Of a stretch of DNA of 36,502 bases, positions 34,601 to 36,502 are shown piece after piece. Within the stretch, counting starts at the first letter, position 1. Each line of letters starts with the position of its first letter. The position numbers were made by a program, and so were the translations under genes. The notes below the pieces were generated by a model that saw only the letters and a program-made list of their open reading frames with translations, was not told the DNA's origin and made no database searches. This DNA comes from a virus (lineage: Duplodnaviria; Caudoviricetes), in IMG/VR virus record IMGVR_UViG_3300020319_000007, positions 1 through 36,502 of that record. One strand, written 5' to 3'.

Positions 34601-36502
34601 CAACAAGAGACTACAGAAGCATATGACCACCTTATAGGACTTGCAAAATTAGCAATTAATAATACTCTTCCTACAGGAACTTACACAACGGTTGCTCCAT
34701 ATGCAAATACAAATATAATTGTAGATACTGATCCTAATAAATGTGCTGATGTTATATCTGCATTAACAACTCTTGGAGATATTATAGAAAAGACACTTGG
34801 TGGAGGTGTAGGTACTATACCAATTTCTTATCCTGATTATATTGATGGTAAAAATAAAATATTTGAATTGTATTATGAAGATGGTACAGGTTTATCAACA
34901 GATCCAAATGAAAATTTACTTATAGGTATTAGTGGTGTTATACAACATGACTCTGCATATTCTATTGATAGAACATCTGTTCCTAATAAAGTTGTGTTTA
35001 CAAGTCCACCTATTTGGAGTCAAGGAGTAAATACAAAAACATTACAAGAAGGTGTTGCGGTTGATAAGTTCTTTGCACATAGTATAGGAAGTTATCTTAG
35101 ATGTGAGATTGATAAGAATGATATTCCAACTGGATCTAGTGGTCCTTTCTTGATATTGAATACTGCTGACAAAGAAGTTATTAATATATCTGATCCTCAA
35201 TTTGCTCTTGTCTTTATTGATGGTGTACTACAAAGAGATCAAGATTCATATCTTATTAACGGACCTACTATCAAATTTACAAGAAGTATTTTCCAAGATA
35301 GTAATATTGAAATACTATATCTTTATGGTAGAGACATTTCACAAAGTATTACTCTATATGATTATGAAAGAAGCGAATACTATAATGAGATTACAGTTAA
35401 ATTTACTGGCAGTAGTGGAGACTTTGATGCATTTAAAAACTGGTGGGGTAAATTTAATGAAACTGACATGGTTGCATATCAGAAAGTTGGTGGTATCAAA
35501 AAGTTTATTGGTAGTCTAAAACATTATTATATTGATGGTAGTGACGATTTGGTCATACAAATTGCAGGTTTAAATCCTGATGTTGATAGTAGTGATATAT
35601 TCTTCTCTGGTTTAGATGACTATAGTGACGAGATATCTCTTACACAATCACGTACAGTTACTGTAACTACAAATTCTGATAACACATATAAGATGCAGAG
35701 AAATGCATCTAGATGGTTGTATGGAACTAAAAAGGCAGATGAAGCATTCTATGTTAGAAAGAATGGTCTTGCTAATTTAAATAAGGGTGATCTTATTAAA
35801 ATTAATGGTGAGAATGAATATAGGACTATAAATGAGTTACCTCAATACTTTGAACCTAAAACTTATCTACCTGGTGATGACCCTTCTAATAGTTTCTTTG
35901 GTTCGGTTGCCACTACAAATTATAATGGTGAAGAAAAAGGTGTTGGGTTTGCCGTATCGTGTACAATATCGGGAGGTTCGGTTGACACTATAACATGGGA
36001 TAAGAACATTCCTGTATCAGGGTATACCAAAGCACCTATATTACATTTTGTCCCTGTAGATCAGGCAGGTGGAGGTGCTAGAGCAGAGGTTATCGTTGTT
36101 GATGGTGTTATTGTGGATATTGTATTAACGAATGGTGGTTCTGGATATACTAAAGCACCAAGAGTTGTTGTTGCAAAACAATATTCTATCAAGAAACAAA
36201 ATAGAAAAATTGATTCTTTTGTAAATCTAATTTTACATAATCAATTCTCTAGTGTTGCACAACCAGGTCCTGTTAACGCAGAAAGTTCATATACTCTTAC
36301 TAAAGGAGTTGGTGGGGTTACATCAGGATCTGCTCTCGTTAGCACAATGATATCTCCTGCTGCAATTGGAGGTACATTAATAACAGTTGAGATTCCTTCT
36401 ATTGCACTTGATCAAGCATCAACATTTGCTGTTAGACAAGAACTACTTTATATTCGTCCACCAAGCACAGGGACTGCTGATGTAAAATTAACAGATTCTA
36501 AT
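28610..36502 (+). CDS. gp7: Baseplate wedge initiator gp7-like giant protein (partial, at least 2631 aa; 3' end outside the window)
   Basis: ATG 28610 follows the gp6 stop: MPKTANRISFLIDSQLPDFINEEYELFGKFIQKYYEQLE...; 'FYQSKGTDKSVKFLFK'; 'DSYYYQDFSYLIKS...HPAGFKMFGEV'. It is missing from the ORF track, as expected if no stop occurs, and the same frame is still open at the window end. Confidence 0.85.
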   Translation, partial: MPKTANRISFLIDSQLPDFINEEYELFGKFIQKYYEQLEIQGQPYDIIENLQTYKDIDFYEQQILRQHDTLNAAITTSSDTILLQDATSFPKQGGYVKIDDEIIFYATRTDTTLQNCSRGVSGNTTLGDLYNTSTFVTTQASSHTNGSKVQNISNLFLYALIKSFESEYLHDFPEAYLNDAVDKRALIKNISSFYQSKGTDKSVKFLFKCLVKDDPEPEVAYPRDFTLKSSESNWVNNYSLKVKVLSGTVTDLIGKTISQTTPFASAIVDNVRFNGTYDGEDLYEIILNEASVNGQFSTAARTKLTESILVGDTVGDRVDVESTMGWDKKGEFTIGSEKFTFEDKNVNQFVIKSREGTTTYPIGTSVTYGANVSGSNVTLLVYGVLYNATNETNSPYSNAGDILEISEPGFITNDIKIFDAQNNLRWALPGASPLISDLNTNVSAIYEDGEGYYIASSGFPSHAVGTAGQPAGVKDQKQLKIIRKTPISTTEVYETKFRDVGIATNGIPFTSYKDSDVVFNGALQTIAVNLRGNGYLNAPYVLVDGVSGKATSSLSGQVLQSITITDAGAYTSIPTVEVLSGRNGTATAVVTNGVITSITVTNAGEYYSTPPEVRITDNSGKGRFADYVADISSTGTITGFTKINGGDFYTQANVVVDLIPVGSGATATATIKEWRKDKYFINKTNLDSENGYWFQNYDSAKGYGYAYYASPTTLRTNDTGGSHSPILGFAYDGNPIYGAYGYGDALDASSAITQMSPSYFRNSTRVGPSTTTYPLGTFIDDYTFTDGSGLLDKNNGRFCVTPEYPEGTYAYFITVDGNGDPLFPYIVGKCYYSLPLDSNYNSAMTQDDLPVGANRLRTSGISKNGVQAVAKIEDVTRGTVSSATIVSSGSNFSVGSGLVIDDSGTEGSGATGEIESVKGKTVSSLESQTTKALYVVLTNNSYLFDGDTITQANTGATGKIVGNVFTAKNFALRAVTGTFNSTDVLSSNTKVINLILDNQSSYTKGATLTFSDGIAASVATGEVLETTIDQNNVKVKVLTGTFSVSTTLFLTSSNLINTTGSKIVSLSSLSDNLSIFTLQDNVALLTTSSTHGVGINEEINVDVNPDDASSTTTYYVRKRVYQEAILKTSVIATTLNDNSIGSFSIVNGGGDYTANSYTGIALSGGAGSGAKATIVVSSAKVVSSVILTDKGTGYNRGDILTVGATDLGKANPSTKPDLKVRVDHAGFASENNILNVTNSDNITVNDFLQIGSEIVKVTAKNSNALTVSRAQNSTTAVDHFNGATISVYNFGYNIPVNHPVGNTVNDAKVLSYDSSTQKAVFVWDYDQTISSINQITLSTVFYDTSSDTKLIQIQSITSPDVYFEFSSDNTTFVRNQIIDIKEYYKYKFDTSHVSMSGVGFDISPSRNFNLVTPEKTVATNNSFVDLKLGFGSRVSTNTYSKKQPIVYTKYYYYDRDGVVNSEMSYFNVISDPLQGTKNSLYVTNTQILYSTETQASHDGTGAISYTSKSLFSVGEINSIKITNIGGDYKKIPIVTGIIDNDGSVDTNVSCFLNSTDIGVPRSIKIHNNGGSYHSDQTIKSSIRSNYTFTLSNFITDGFNVGEYIVQKSGSTEVARARVTSWREGSNILNVSNVTGIFRENQQIIGLAGGKTATLDSINYTEFTPIIKTYFDNIGKFTSDVGKLSDQNQRIHDSYYYQDFSYLIKSKTPMDSWRSLIKETTHPAGFKMFGEVDVESAATTPMSSSTVTTHNSFVELKTNITVQSTTKQITQHLVSAQTTTIEDGVGSVAKDATNTTEIKATQIKLSAAFDGSLSNNGNLSGTKTFGILDMNNNAVTPYNAQALMITLDGIFQEPGVAYTVSGSNITFAQPPLGPVTKNSQAVPGVKFYGKNYQFKNDTLNAKYFRKIRNIFQKSGRWIDAANQIERNRVYLQSETLGWAKNKFPNLTWGKIETKCYRDIGLVADAIANDIRFGGNYYTVTAIEKYFNNDILDYIIGEQQETTEAYDHLIGLAKLAINNTLPTGTYTTVAPYANTNIIVDTDPNKCADVISALTTLGDIIEKTLGGGVGTIPISYPDYIDGKNKIFELYYEDGTGLSTDPNENLLIGISGVIQHDSAYSIDRTSVPNKVVFTSPPIWSQGVNTKTLQEGVAVDKFFAHSIGSYLRCEIDKNDIPTGSSGPFLILNTADKEVINISDPQFALVFIDGVLQRDQDSYLINGPTIKFTRSIFQDSNIEILYLYGRDISQSITLYDYERSEYYNEITVKFTGSSGDFDAFKNWWGKFNETDMVAYQKVGGIKKFIGSLKHYYIDGSDDLVIQIAGLNPDVDSSDIFFSGLDDYSDEISLTQSRTVTVTTNSDNTYKMQRNASRWLYGTKKADEAFYVRKNGLANLNKGDLIKINGENEYRTINELPQYFEPKTYLPGDDPSNSFFGSVATTNYNGEEKGVGFAVSCTISGGSVDTITWDKNIPVSGYTKAPILHFVPVDQAGGGARAEVIVVDGVIVDIVLTNGGSGYTKAPRVVVAKQYSIKKQNRKIDSFVNLILHNQFSSVAQPGPVNAESSYTLTKGVGGVTSGSALVSTMISPAAIGGTLITVEIPSIALDQASTFAVRQELLYIRPPSTGTADVKLTDSN

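Noticed and set aside
28610-36502. Apparent 8-kb gene-free region in the ORF track
   Set aside because: Artefact: one + strand ORF starts at 28610 and has no stop inside the window.

Overview
AT-rich segment of a T4-like marine cyanomyovirus (Kyanoviridae-like; a Prochlorococcus/Synechococcus host is inferred from gene content). Almost all genes are on the + strand, in three blocks. (1) <1-11288: tail-fibre/adhesin module with a partial giant fibre gene, three tandem tail-collar proteins and a tail assembly chaperone. (2) About 11290-24790: accessory/early region of many small ORFs, including a beta-class amino-methyltransferase, a PD-(D/E)xK-like nuclease, pyrE, 2OG-Fe(II) oxygenases, a KTSC-like protein, a YubB/DUF1281-like protein, a DUF3574/SAM-lyase-like protein and a T5orf172-like protein. 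It is organised as cassettes, each headed by a sigma70-like promoter with a 22-bp palindrome GTG(A/C)CA-N10-TG(T/G)CAC. (3) 24913->36502: late module with PAAR, a SET-domain protein and baseplate wedge gp25, gp6 and a very long gp7-like ORF that runs off the window. The most interesting signals are non-coding. The 18654-19062 control region holds divergent promoters, paired cyanobacterial-type DnaA boxes (TTTTCCACA), and a long leader carrying the exact antisense of the AGATTTCCAAACT element that precedes the start codon of six early cassettes; a KTSC-like gene follows directly. A separate ~225-nt structured RNA candidate with a kissing-loop pairing closes the early region (24561-24790). Family assignments are from motif recognition by eye; no database searches were run.
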